Source: Marsupella aquatica (Eukaryota > Plantae > Marchantiophyta). From it: a stretch of 64,000 bases of DNA. The stretch is from the NCBI GenBank assembly GCA_973895155.1, contig OZ316896.1, positions 9,931,525 through 9,995,524 of the forward strand, read 5' to 3'. Shown here in pieces: positions 11,611 through 23,845 of this stretch. Every line of letters begins with the position of its first letter. Position 1 is the stretch's first letter. Made by a program: the position numbers and the translations under genes. Under the pieces are notes generated by a model. It ran no database searches, was not told the origin of the DNA, and was given only the letters and a program-made list of their open reading frames with translations.

Positions 11611-14600
11611 ATGAAGTATCGGGGGGCCTTCGTGGTTTTACCGATATTTTTAAGCATTCTTGGGTTCGTCCATGCTGATAGGAGCTCCGATTTGTTACAA
11701 GCGATACAGGATCAAGCGAGATTACTTGCACTGGCAGCAGAAGAAAACTATGCCAATACTTGTGGTACATGATTAATCTCTGCTGGACTCTTCGCTCATA
11801 TATTCTTGATTGTTATTCCACGCACCTCGCAAGTTTTTTCTCGTTAGCGACTTCATTGTTGACGGTATCTTGTCAGCCTTGACTTAATCCATTGCCAGAT
11901 GCTAACGACCGTGTTCCACTGCTAAGGAACACGGTCATTAGTTACGGGTAGAGCTATTGGCATCGGGGGTAACTGATGACCGTCTTCCACTGCTTTTACA
12001 GAACTCGTGAGTACATGCCTCTCACCGCAGAATTGTTCAAAATTGGAATGCTATCCGATTGACCATCAGAGCAGCGAGACAACTTGTGCATCCACTGGCT
12101 ACAACGAGGTCTGTGACACGACAGGAGCACCTTGCAACACTACTGTCCAGGCTAATTTCCATAAATCATATGTCAGGTGAGTTGCTCTCTTAAGTGGAGC
12201 AAATCGACGCTTAAATTGGTTGACAGCGCATCGGTATCCGACTTTAATCATATTGGAGAGTATGTGTTTCAATCTATTAATTTGAATAATTCCAACGCAT
12301 GGCCACAACTTGCAAAGCCGCTCAGGGGCATTGTTTAGATTGTGAACCCAGGAAGAGACTCTTCGAGAGAGCAATTCCGCAGGCGCGGGCGGATGTATGC
12401 TGAAATCTACCGGCTCCATATGCATGTCTGCAGGGCTCCGCCGATTCGCTTCTCAGCGCAAGAACGAGAGATATACTTAGGAAGCACGATCTGTACCCAA
12501 CGAAATCTTGACCCAATATTCGTCAACGTGACTAAGACGTTAAGTAGCACCGCCAATATTAATTACTTCTACAATCTCTTTTTCGGCGCTGTCGACGGTT
12601 CATTTCGCCACTATCCTGGAAGAGTAAGCATTCTCCGGGAAGCATTTCTAATTTTGTCCGGGCAGTCACTACAGTCGTACCGTAATTGTACGAAAATGAG
12701 GATGTAAGCTTTCGACACGGACGTTCTGTCTTGACGTGTCCAAACTAATGGACTGCTCATTGCTTTGTCAGGAAAGTCTCAACCCCGTTTGTACCCAGTA
12801 TGACCCTCGACTACGAGCATGGTATTCAACTCTGAACCTTCGGATTGCTTATCTACTTCGAATGTATGCGCACTAATGCCCTGTTAAATTCCGTTATAGA
12901 AACTATCTGGTTAATTAGTAGTATTCCCTTGATCTTGTACGAGAGAGCTCGATATCAGGGCTTATATCGTTTCGTGCACTATGCAGGTATATTGGAGCTG
13001 TCTCCATTCTCAAAGATGTGGTTGTGCTAATTGATACTGGGACGGCTATGCAACAAAATGTTGATTTTCTGGATTCCACGACGTCATTGCTTGAAACGAC
13101 TACATCTATGATAAGGTGGTTTGTGCACACTCTCGCGTCAGGAGACCGAGTTACAGTACTTCCCGTCAACGCGTCTGGTAGCTATCCAGGACAGAGTCCA
13201 TATTATCAGGTAACTTGATCGCTTCTTACAGAATGGAGCGCCTTAGAAACCTTGACAACTCATCGTGTTATAGATTCGTTCCAATTTTCTCCTTTGCATG
13301 AAGATTATCTTGATCGTGATTCGTACACAATAATCTGAAAGCCGTGTACACCCGGAGCCCCAGCGTTTAACTTTAAAATTGTCTGCCGCTTGGTGCCCAT
13401 TTTCCAGTATAATGTCCCAGCCAACCAGCCCCTGGATCCCACGACGCCTGATTTCCAAGGACTGCTCTCATATTTAAACGCTTCAACATTCTCTGGAACC
13501 GAAGCGAATGGCAATGGGGCACCCACCAACTTCACAAAAGGATTCCTCAAGGCTAATTCTACCTTCAGCAGCTCATCACCCACCAACTCCATGAAGGTGC
13601 GGAGCTTACACTCATGTTCTGTATTGATGGTGAAACAATTCTTTTGTCTCCGTGAATCCTTTTGATACGATACCATTTGTATATCCAAGGTCACTTGTGC
13701 GATGATTTAAGGCGCTCTTGTTGCAAGCTAATTGATGTACTTTCGTCTTAAGAGTTGGAAACCTGCCGATTCTTCTACGTGCAGATCGTAATTCTGATCA
13801 CGAATAGCAAGGCTTATAATATTCCCCCAAATATTCCTGACAACGGCGACCTCGCTGCAGCGGGTGCGTTCAAGAAGTCAGTGTCGCAGTTGTTCGTGTA
13901 CGACTTGAGTCCTGGTGCAACTTATTGGGGCACATATGCTTGTCTAGACGGGGAAATGCAGAGCTTGTTTTCAGTCAATCCTCTGCTCTTCATGAGTTCA
14001 TATTACAACTTTTTGGCTAGCGCTCGTATTGCAGCCAGTAATAACCAAATCACGCCCTTCTGGCAGCAGCCTCACAAGGCTGCCAGTGGGTTTGGGCAGG
14101 TCATCTCGGTCGCCTATCCTGGTATGCTCCAAGTTGAAAATCTCCCGAAACAAATTATGTGCATTCTTTTTTGAACTTGTGAAGTACCTCATTTATGATA
14201 GGCTTCTCACAAAGAGTAGCTAAATTAAGGACATGTGGCGCTTTCCATCCTCTCGTAGTAACGGTTTGCAACTTGATTGACCTTTTCAGCAATTTCTCCC
14301 GACGGACAGTTGATTGGGGTGGCTGGAATGGATGTTCAGATAGCTGGACTTAAGAGTGATCCGCTTCTCAAATCAGAAGTTATAAGTACTCTGGCCAACA
14401 GCCCGTACATCCTCATTTCTCAGAATCCGAACGCTGGCAATATTGCCATCTGCCAGACGGTCAGCCTTCGTCTCCCTTTGGTTGCAGGCTTTGTCTATTT
14501 GGACTCCATTGTTATATATAGCCCCCCCCCGGCCCCTCCACACTACACCCACCCACCTCCTCCTCTTCACCGTCCCTTTTATTTGGAATTTGTGATATCC

Positions 14601-16782
14601 ATGCTCGAATAGAATGCATGAATGAATTTGAGAGGTTGGTATCATGGGTCCCTTATGCGTTTATTCTCAATCTCATGGACTCATTCGTTTACATTTTCTT
14701 AGATGTCTCATTAATTATGCGACTGACGTCTATGTTATTTTGTCAGTTAGAGTGCATTACTACTGTAGCCATATATGGCTGAATTTCCGTACATTTCTGG
14801 TCTCATTGCCTGCTTGGGCTCGTCATCCTTAAATTCCATTCAGCAGTAAATTTTCCGACATCAGTGAGTAGGAGATGAATCTGAAGAGCATTCAAGGTCG
14901 AAACAGTAGAGTGCGAGGCGGAAATGCATTCCTCCAAAATCTACATTATGAAAGTGGCAGATTTCTTCAACTACATATCTCTCCTCTCGAGAGCAGCACG
15001 TGAGCAAGCCTTGCGATGCTGTGCTCTGGCCAACACGATCATGCCAGAGTACGAGCTATAGGATGATTTCAAAATCTCCGGGACCGCATGGAATTTCAGT
15101 GCTATTTCTAGTGCCGAGACTTTCTACTCGTGAGGATCGATAGCGTAGGATGAATGAGTGAAGGTCCGAAGTAATTGCGGGACTGGTTGGCTGGTTGTTT
15201 CTGACATTGAGCCAAGAATATTGTAATTGATCTTCAGTTTAGGGGCTTGCATGTGAAAATGGGCTAAAGATGGTGGTTGGTTTTCCTGCAGGCATATAAG
15301 AGCAATTGTTCGGGCATTACAGTGGGAAGTACTGCGTCGCTCTGCAATCCGACAGGGGGGCCCGCAACAGACGAGGAATTGACACCATTGATATGCTGTC
15401 AGAACTGCCTTGGGGGTTCAAGTAATCACCTTTCCATAGTGGTGGGTGTAGTGGTGGGTGTGGTGGTCGGGCTGCTTGTGCTGGCGGTGTTGATTTTCGT
15501 ACGGAGAAGGTTGAAGCGAATCCCGGTCGGAAGCATAAGGGAAAGGCTCGCCCTAAATGATTATTCGTATGATGCGCTTTTTAAAGCCACAAGTGGTTTT
15601 TCTACTAAGAACATCATTGGCAAAGGAGCCTTTGGGGTAGTATACGAAGGGGTTCTTGCAAATGAAATGGTGGCGGTGAAGCAGTTGTCTAAACCAGCAG
15701 ATCGAGCCGAAGATTTCGAGGCTGAGATCAAGATTCTTGGTGTAACGAGTCATTCCAACCTGGTTGAGCTGAAAGGGACCTGTTTCCAGCCCACTAAGTG
15801 CTTTTTGGTGTACGAGTTGGTGGTTGGCGGTGATCTGCATGGTTGGCTTTGGCCTGCAGAAAAGAAAAGTGATGCGTGTGAGAGTGACAGTGAATTTAGG
15901 ACTAAGCGATTTCTGACTTGGAATAAGCGGAGAAAAATTGCCAGGGGGGTCGCTAGAGGACTGAATTATCTGCACCGTGGCCTGGAACCCAACGGGGCGG
16001 TTTTTCATTTGGACATAAAACCCCGCAACATTCTCGTGGAGTACAACTTCAATCCCAAGATAGCAGACTTTGGCACTTCGCAGCTCTACGAGCCGGGTTA
16101 CACGTTCCAGGCAGCGTCCGTGGTTTGTGGGACGTTTGGGTACATCGCTCCCGAGGTCCTTCAAGGTGGAGTCAAACCGAACTCCAAGATAGACGTGTAC
16201 AGTTATGGAATGGTCTTGTTACAGATCGTGAGTGGGCGGCAGATTAATGACCCAGAAGTGAAACCTTACTTGCTTCAGTGGGCGAAAACCCACGTAGAAG
16301 ATGGCCATGTCGAGAGGGTGGTGGATCAAAACCTCAGTGGGACAGTGCGGGTGGAGTGTAGAGAGGCTCTGATGTCGAATTGTAAACAGTTGATCAACTT
16401 AGCAATGCGCTGTCTTGCGGACAGACCAGACTTGAGGCCTGAGATGAGTGAAGTTTTGGAGATCATTGACGATTTACGAGATGTGCTTGACCTCGAAACT
16501 CCGCCTACCGGTGACGAGGACATATCAGGCTCTACCGACCATGATACGTCTACAGATGTTGAGCTCAAAAGGCTTACTTCCAGGCGCTTGAGATCCGTCT
16601 CGGGCGAACTCGAAGGATTGTACAAACACTTGAGTTCTGAATCTAAAGACGAAGTAGGAAGCATTGAGAGGAGCCCTGAAATTGGACCGTCAGTTACTTC
16701 ACCAGCAGAGGCAGTAAAGGGGCGTGATTTCTTTGGAGGCACTCAACATGGTTATATGTCCCTAGGGGCTTCACAAGAATGA
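11611..16782 (+). CDS. alpha2-delta/CACHD1-like (dCache+VWA) ectodomain receptor-like kinase, copy 1, 992 aa, 9 exons
   Basis: Exons 11611-11764, 12002-12176, 12434-12623, 12772-12821, 12987-13209, 13408-13596, 13785-14121, 14290-14459, 15292-16782. All introns are GT-AG, phases are consistent, total 2979 nt. Signal peptide MKYRGAFVVLPIFLSILGFVHA. Ectodomain motifs FFGAVDGSFRHYPG, YDPRLRAWY, KDVVVLIDTG, TNFTKGF, IVILITNS, GVAGMDV. TM IVVGVVVGVVVGLLVLAVLIFV then RRR. Kinase GKGAFG, VAVK, HLDIKPRN, DFG, GTFGYIAPE. Confidence 0.9.
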
Positions 16783-17005
16783 GCGGACGAAGAAGGCATC
16801 CCAGCCCTTAATTTAAGGTGGATGATCATAGAATACTATTGAGCCTTTTTCTTCACCAGCAGAGGCAGTAAAGGGGCCTGATTTCTTTGGAGGCACTCAA
16901 CATGGTTATATGTCCCTATGGGCTTCACAAGAATGAGCGGACGAAGAAGGCATCCCAGCCCTTAATATAATATAAGGTGGATGATCATAGAATACTATTG
17001 AGCCT
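16698..17005 (+). repeat. Tandem duplication (about 150 bp) of the last codons, stop and start of the 3' UTR of RLK copy 1
   Basis: ttcaccagcagaggcagtaaagggg...gaatactattgagcc occurs at about 16698 and again at about 16852. Confidence 0.9.
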
Positions 17006-17341
17006 CATTTTTTTTGTCCTTGAACTGAAATGGGGATGAAATACAATTAGACTCCCCCCATCCCAATGTGACAATTTTTCTGTAGAGAACCCAGACCAGA
17101 GTGAGCCCCAACGGATTCGACAGGGACCCGCACCAGGAAGGAGAGAGAATTAAATCAGGGTCACTGACAAAGTGGACAACCAGGGACCGAGCAAATAATC
17201 AGAACTCCAATCCACTACCCACAAAACCCATCCCACCCACATACATAATACCCTCCACACCCAATGTGTGGAGGAGGGATTGAACTTGGGACATCCCAAT
17301 TCCAGGCAAATCCCCTAGCCAATTGACCTAAGCCAATTGGT
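17006..17341 (-). mobile_element. tRNA-derived SINE with 13-bp TSD
   Basis: TSD tactattgagcct at 16993-17005 and 17342-17354. The minus strand starts with an A-box-like taggtcaattgg and B-box-like gttcaatccc, and ends in an A-rich tail (T run at about 17008-17016 on +). Confidence 0.8.
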
Positions 17342-17667
17342 TACTATTGAGCCTTTTTCAGCACTTGCATGCCCTAATGTAGATGGCACCCCAACTGGGT
17401 CTGTAAAACTACCTTTTGTAAATTTCATTAATTCTGAAAAAAACTAGACGTCATTGCACAAATTCAAATTTCACATCATTGCATAAATTCTCAATCATTA
17501 GATGTAGTTAATTGAAGCATTTCTGTGTGTGAGTATTAGTGTGGAACCCTTAGATGTAATCAATTGAATCAATTTTGTGTGGGAAGACTCTCCTAAGATT
17601 GTATGTTGGGATGCTAGATATGTGCATAAAAATAGTTAGCATCTAAGTATGTCTCATCACTATATAT

Positions 17668-17860
17668 AACATGCTTGAGTTCTTGTCTTGTGATTTGAAA
17701 GTAAATAAAATATGAAAACATGCTCATCCTCTAACATGCTTGAGTTTTTGTCTTGTAGTGATTTGAAAGTAAATAAAATATGAAAACATGCTCATCATGG
17801 AACATGCTTGAGTTTTTGTCTTGTAGTGATTTGAAAGTAAATAAAATATGAAAACATAAC
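17668..17860 (+). repeat. About 65-bp tandem repeat, 3 copies
   Basis: aacatgcttgagtt(c/t)ttgtcttg...gtgatttgaaagtaaataaaatatgaaaacat occurs three times. Confidence 0.85.
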
Positions 17861-19017
17861 TAGAAAGATTGGTGCATAGTGACCAATGAAAAGTACAATC
17901 AAGGATGCTACTATGTGTGAACTTAATTCAATGTACTCATGAATGACACTCATTTCAATAAAAACCATAAACTTAGGAAAGAGAGACATGAGGGGAACTT
18001 AAGACACAATCAGAATCATTTCTCTCATTCATGAGAATGTTCAAGTGGTGGAGCCATTCATTTCATCTCTAATAAATCACAAACATTAAAATTGATAAGG
18101 GGGCTGCCAAAGTAAGTTCAAAATACTTTAGAATCATATAAATTAAAGAAGTCATAAATTAATTAAAAATGTATATGATACACAGGCTGCCCCTTGAGGC
18201 ACATTGAAATAAAATATATGACATCAAATCTCTGGATAAGACAAAATCTGAAAGGTGGATTCACCATATAGCATATAGCAGTTTCACCATATACTATGTC
18301 TCACTATTATATCTTAGATCCTCCACAATAGTCAAGTTAGTGTGGTAAATAAAAAAGTAGTGTCCCCACATCCATGCAAATGCATCATTAATGTGTAAAG
18401 TAGATTCAATCTGCTTTTGCAACAGTCAAACACATACCTTAGTAAATGTACCTGCTAAAAAATGAGGGATCATCTGCTTAGAATATAGAAAAGAAGGTGC
18501 AAGCCAATCTTGGCCCTTCACTTAAAGAATTATGTTAGTGTCAGATCCACCCAATATGGAATGTTGCCCTTTTCTGGGCAGTGTCTATCTCCAAACACCA
18601 AAAACTGTGTGAATGGTTGAGGAAGGCCAAACCGGGAGACATGATCCCAAAGGCATGAAAGAAACCAATAAAGGGGGGCAGGCAAAGACCCCAAGAAGAC
18701 CAAAGATTGAGGCAAAACAAGCGGGGAAACAAGTCAACTGAAGAAGTATCCCACAAAAACAATAAAAACAAAGAAGCTTTGATTGGCCAGGGAAAACACC
18801 TCCATTGTCTCCCAACTGCCATCAGGCTCATCCTTGGTACTTTTGATGAGGTGCACGTGGGTCAGCCTGAATCTGAATAAGGTACTGTCAAGCAAGTTGA
18901 CAGACAAGGTTGTATATGATGAATCTTAATAAGGTCAAGCAAGTTGACAAAAAGAGTATATATATGATGAGATTCTTCATTGAACAATAAGAAAAATTGC
19001 ATGTGATTCACTCTTTT

Positions 19018-19899
19018 GAGATATATGCTTGATGGGCCTTTAGTGACCTTTATTAAACATTTTTAACCTAATACTCCCCTACAAAAAATTTTTGACCCAA
19101 TAGGCGCTCCCCCTCTTAATGAGCCTTACTCACTATTCTTGTGAGGTGCCAAACTGTGTAGTTGACCACAATGGGGTTCTAAATAGGGTAATAAGGTGGA
19201 TTTAGCCATGAAGACATATTGCATAATTATGTATTCATGTGTTGTAAGGGGTTTAGGGTTTTTGCCGCTACTTGACAATCGTCGCTCTTTGATCCTTTGT
19301 TTTGCGGGCAAGGTTGCAGGAGAGAAGCGCTCGGGTTTTTTTATGCTTGGGCTTTTGTCAATGTTCGATGCTCGCATTTTGTCAATACCTTCAGGTTGTT
19401 GATTGAAGCTCAGTGCCTAGTGCCTACTGCCTAGTGACAAAAATGAGTGCCCAATGGGCACTGACAGAAAAGTGCTAGTGGAACTACCAGGATCATAATG
19501 ACCACACATGTCCTCCAAACTGATAGTCACTTATCAAAAATGTCAAGAAAACCCTGTGTGGAGCACGTGAAAGTTAGCCCCATGCCTACCCCGCAGTATA
19601 GTAAAAACTCAAATCTGAAGATATAATATTGTCTTCACTTTGCAGTTTGGGTAGCGGGGGCGGGAGCAGGGGCCGCGCTTCCACGGTCCCCCTAACCACG
19701 TCATTTCACCTTTTTGTTTGATTGTGTAAGGTTGGGTGCAGGATTCGAAGGTGCAGTTGGTCATTGCATCAAGAAAAATTTTGTTAGAGTGATTGCTAAA
19801 AGAACAACTGACGCAAAAGTGTATTAGGAGGCCTATTAGGTAAAAAATGTTTTGTAGGGGCCCATCAGGTAAGAAAGTTACCCATCAAGCATATACCTC
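19018..19899. mobile_element. Non-autonomous Mutator-like element (882 bp)
   Basis: TIR gagatatatgcttgatggg / cccatcaagcatatacctc, with subterminal inverted similarity; 9-bp TSD cactctttt at 19009-19017 and 19900-19908. Confidence 0.85.
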
Positions 19900-19955
19900 C
19901 ACTCTTTTCAACTTCTGATCATATTCCCCATCATATTCACAATTAATACTTTGTT

Positions 19956-21747
19956 CTCCCGGGGGGTCAATGTATGAAGGGTCCTACATCACGTGCGATT
20001 TTTTAGGTCTAGACCCCCTAACTTATAAGTGAAAATTAATATTTTTTCTCACTCTTATGTGCTTTAAAGCAACCATTTTTTACTATGTTTACCCCTAGAA
20101 ACCTTTAAGTAAAATTTTGTTTTGAATTAAACAATACCTATGAAGAAAAGATAGTATCTCATAAGTTGGAGCCAAAATTTTGCAGTCATTCAATTTTCTT
20201 TATATTTACAGTCAATGCAATTTACTCTGCCTTTCCACTTGACAGTACATCCTACATCTCCTATATAGTCCATAGATCCTGTCATAGATCATGAAACTAA
20301 ATAATTCTATATATTATTCTATGGTTGTTCAACCATCAACTTGTCTATGTTGCCCTCTACACTCTGAGATAGTGTAGCATGGTGGGAACCATACACTATG
20401 AATAGGAAACTAGACACTCTTGGTTGCCTATTCAAGGTGCCATCAATTCTCTACCTTGCTTCACAAACCATTAATTGCATGATTGGATTATTTTCATATA
20501 ATGGAGGGGAATTCAGCCAATGAGAGCTTAAAACTCATTTGCTTGAGCTCATTGCCTCAAAGAAGAAGCAAAGGTCACCTAGCTTCATGACAGGTCATTT
20601 GAATACAAAAGAAAGGTCCTCCCAATACATGTGGGGCATTGAACACCTCAACATTGGGCTTATCACGTCGGGATGATCACAGTTCTATGATAATGATGGA
20701 GTAAAATAAATGCAAGTTACATCATAGTAGTTCTTCAAAACAACTAGAAATACTCTGACTTGCAATTATAAACACACTTGAGGCAATACAAGACACTCCT
20801 GAAGACACACAAACCTCTAAGATATAAAAAGTCAAGCTTTGCACTAGCTTCCTTCTTCACCAAACCTCCCTTCCTGGTTTTGTTGTCTTCCTTCTCTTCT
20901 CACGCATTCACATTAGAAATAGTCATCATCTTGAGCCAGATAGATAGGGCATTTAAACAAATGCTAGCAAAACAGAGAGCAACGGACGTATAGACATGAC
21001 ATTCAGACAAATAGTTGGAGACAAACAGAGTCGATTAAAACAACATACATGACTCCAAGGTCCAACGGCAGACCTCCTATATAGCCAACATTGTCCTTCT
21101 GCAATCTTGTTATGGCATCAAGCTCTAACTTCTGACCTTTGCCTGAAACTCCAAAGTCTTTAAACTGAACATTGGAATTGGGCAGGACGTTGGTTGCCCT
21201 ATAACTCCTTGACTTGAACCTCAAACTTGAATACCAAAAACCCTAGCCTAACCTAACCTAACCCTCAATTCCTACCAAAGTCACAATGGCCTTCTTAGGG
21301 TACACCCTTCCATAGCCCTGGCTTCTATAGCCCTCCAATAATAGCAATGGCAATTGAGGCCCCATGAATTTGCTTAGCCCCTAAATATGAAGGCCCATAC
21401 CCTAGCAACACCCATGTATACTTTTAGCTATTTTCTTGGGAAAAGTTAAACACAAATTACTATTATTTGGGAGTACATGTGTACCTATCGCATAGTGACA
21501 AGTGTACCAATTAGAACATGCCACATGTCATATACATGTACATAACCTTAAAAACCCTAACTTTCTTACACAATTTCATGGAATATGACCTATTAATGAG
21601 GGCCTATTGTTCTTTAAAGCACATCCAAAGCTTTTTTACCCTATTGTTCTTCCACAAAACTTTGGAAGTCTCTCCTCAACACCATTTAAATGACCATATA
21701 CTTTGTCACACCTGATGTGGCACTTCCATGGAAGAGAACCCCCCAAG
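19956..21747. mobile_element. Non-autonomous TIR element of the CTC/CTT-GGGG family (1.8 kb), 8-bp TSD
   Basis: TSD actttgtt at 19948-19955 and 21748-21755. The ends match those of element 39586-40132 in the opposite orientation. Confidence 0.7.
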
Positions 21748-22973
21748 ACTTTGTTTAAGTTCACTAACCCTTGGGGCTCCACTAAAAGTAAAACCCCGCG
21801 CACAGTACTAATCCCCTTAGGGGCCTCAAGCCAAGGGGTGTCTCATATCACGTGCGAAGTTTTGGGGGAATAAACACCCTAAAACTTAAGCCTTGGAATA
21901 AAGTTTTTTTGAGGAATTTGGTTTTGAAAAACCCTATGATTCTTATAATTCTCAAAATTGGATTAAAACAACCCTAATGGTCTTCAACAAAAATTTAAAA
22001 CTCTTTCACTAATCCAATAAAAAATCCTATACTTAATTATTTGCGCATGATGGGTTGGAAGAAAAGAAGTGAGGACCCTGGGCTAATCCCAGAATTTTCA
22101 TTTCATTTCTTCCAACCCAGTGTGCAAATAAATGTAGGGTAACTTTTATTAATCAAGTTTAATGAAAGTCTTTTACATTTTTGTGGAAGAACATTAGAAC
22201 AATTTTAATCCAGTTTTGAGAATTCTAATAATCATAGGGCTTACTATATTGAGGGCCATACATCACTGTATGTGAGGGCTTGGATCCTTCATGACCCCCC
22301 TAAGTTACTTTATATAAAGTAGTACGACACCAATCATGTGTTAACACATATGCATTTAAACAACATATATTTCTATTAAATTTAATAAGTCTTTCATCAA
22401 AATCATTTAAATGGTTCTATGCTTTTCTGCACATGATATGCCACTTTTGTGAAAGTGACACCCCCGAGCACCTCAAAAACTATAATACAAGGTTGTGCCT
22501 TTTTATATATAGTGTGGTTGTCATTCAAATTTGCACTGCTAGCAGAATGAGAAATATGAAAGAATGTGACACGCCAAAGAGAGATAATAAAACAAAAAAT
22601 TAATCTAGTGTGAATGAAAATGGAATGCATTGTTTCCAAGCAAAAAGGATCTAATAGGACAGAAGAAATGGGGAGGGCATGTAGAAATGCAAGAGGATGA
22701 AGGAGACCTCCCTTTAGAGGATTCAGATCCTAACCCTTTACAAACTAAAAAAAAATGAAAATCAATCTTGGTCCCATATGAAAACGTTGTTTTTTCCCAC
22801 ACCACCATATCCATACACCCCTTGTAAAAGACATTCCCTGCCGAAGCTGCCCTTTAGCGTACCTATACCTTCCACAATGAAAAATTCAATTAAAAACTAA
22901 TTGAAATTATTCATATATAAATAATTCTAAAAAATGGATATAAATAAAATATAGAAAATAAGTTTGTTGGACT

Positions 22974-23845
22974 CCCTGGGCCCTCACCAAGGGAAATGTA
23001 ATGAAATATACCTGTGACCAAAGGCCCCCTAGGTACCCCTTGTTATATTTTGGAGGAGCATTAAAACTTACCTTGTTTGTTCTACAAAGAATTTTCAATC
23101 CTATATAAAACCTACCTATGTTATTATAATCAGACATATTTTGGAATTTAAAATACCCTTCATTTGCTATAAAAAATTACTCACCCTAGCTCCCGGCCTA
23201 GCTCGCAATCCTGACCCCAGCTCCCCGCCCAGCTTGCAGTCCGCCCAACGTCAAACACTGGGTCAAACACGGGGTCAAACACTTTCGCCCAAACCCTGGC
23301 CCAAGATCACACAAGCTCTGTAGACAATGAAGAACTCGCTAAGAAATCCTGAAAGAAAGTGAGAAAGTGGGGCCCTAGCTGGGACCTCTCGGGAGACCCC
23401 TCCTGTCCTGCCTCATTGAGTCCCCTCCTCCCGCACTATCTCGCTCCCGGTCTCACTAGCCCCTTGGACCCACTGATAATCCTGGTCGTCCGATCTAGGG
23501 CATCTTACATCGGATGGCTCTTACAAAGTAGGAGGGGCAGGGGGAACACAACACTCTTTGGGCACTCTTCCCCCAAATCCCGTACACCCTAATCCATTGG
23601 TACGTTGACACATGGTCAAATCAACGGGTGACGCGTGTCATTGGGTATTTCCATGGCCCTTCAATTGAACAACTTTTGGACACATTAAAAAAGAGACTTC
23701 ATTTATTCTAATCAACATTGGAGGTATATAACTAAGGACCTTGTTGGTTAGAACCGTGTTGTAATATTATTTGCAAAATTGATATTTAATACCCATTGGA
23801 CGTTTGCACGTATATTTTGTTATTTTGTAAGCTGACGGCCCAGGG
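22974..23845. mobile_element. Non-autonomous CCCTGGGCC-terminus element (872 bp), 8-bp TSD; relative of the P-like element
   Basis: Ends ccctgggccc...ggcccaggg; TSD gttggact at 22966-22973 and 23846-23853. The subterminal ggtaccccttgtta...ttaccttgtt is shared with about 24789-24833. Confidence 0.8.

Larger units (their letters stand above)
9700..16846 (+). repeat. Segmental duplication unit (about 1.9 kb upstream plus RLK copy 1), paralogous to about 41562-48420
   Basis: Alignment begins at taaaaatgagctctgacatatgaaaactcatgg (9700) versus taaaatgagctctgacttatgaaaactcatgg (about 41563) and continues through the introns to just past the stop codon. Confidence 0.85.

Noticed and set aside
12342-14612. 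Short ORFs here (and at 43682-45859, 57505-60052) as separate small genes or pseudogene fragments
   Set aside because: They are exons read into flanking introns. GT-AG splicing gives one open frame with conserved exon lengths in three copies.
15553-16742. Antisense ORFs repeated in all three kinase copies
   Set aside because: They are shadows of conserved sense coding sequence, and their lengths vary between copies.
15277-16782. Kinase ORFs (also 46878, 62013) as stand-alone single-exon genes
   Set aside because: Their starts are non-ATG and lie just upstream of a conserved ctgcag acceptor; they are terminal exons of 9-exon genes.
17270-17341. tRNA gene
   Set aside because: A/B boxes are present but no cloverleaf; the TSD and A-tail identify it as a SINE head.
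17668-17860. CRISPR-like repeat arrays (also 10601-10716, 54900-55070)
   Set aside because: These are simple tandem duplications without unique spacers, there are no cas genes, and the context is eukaryotic.
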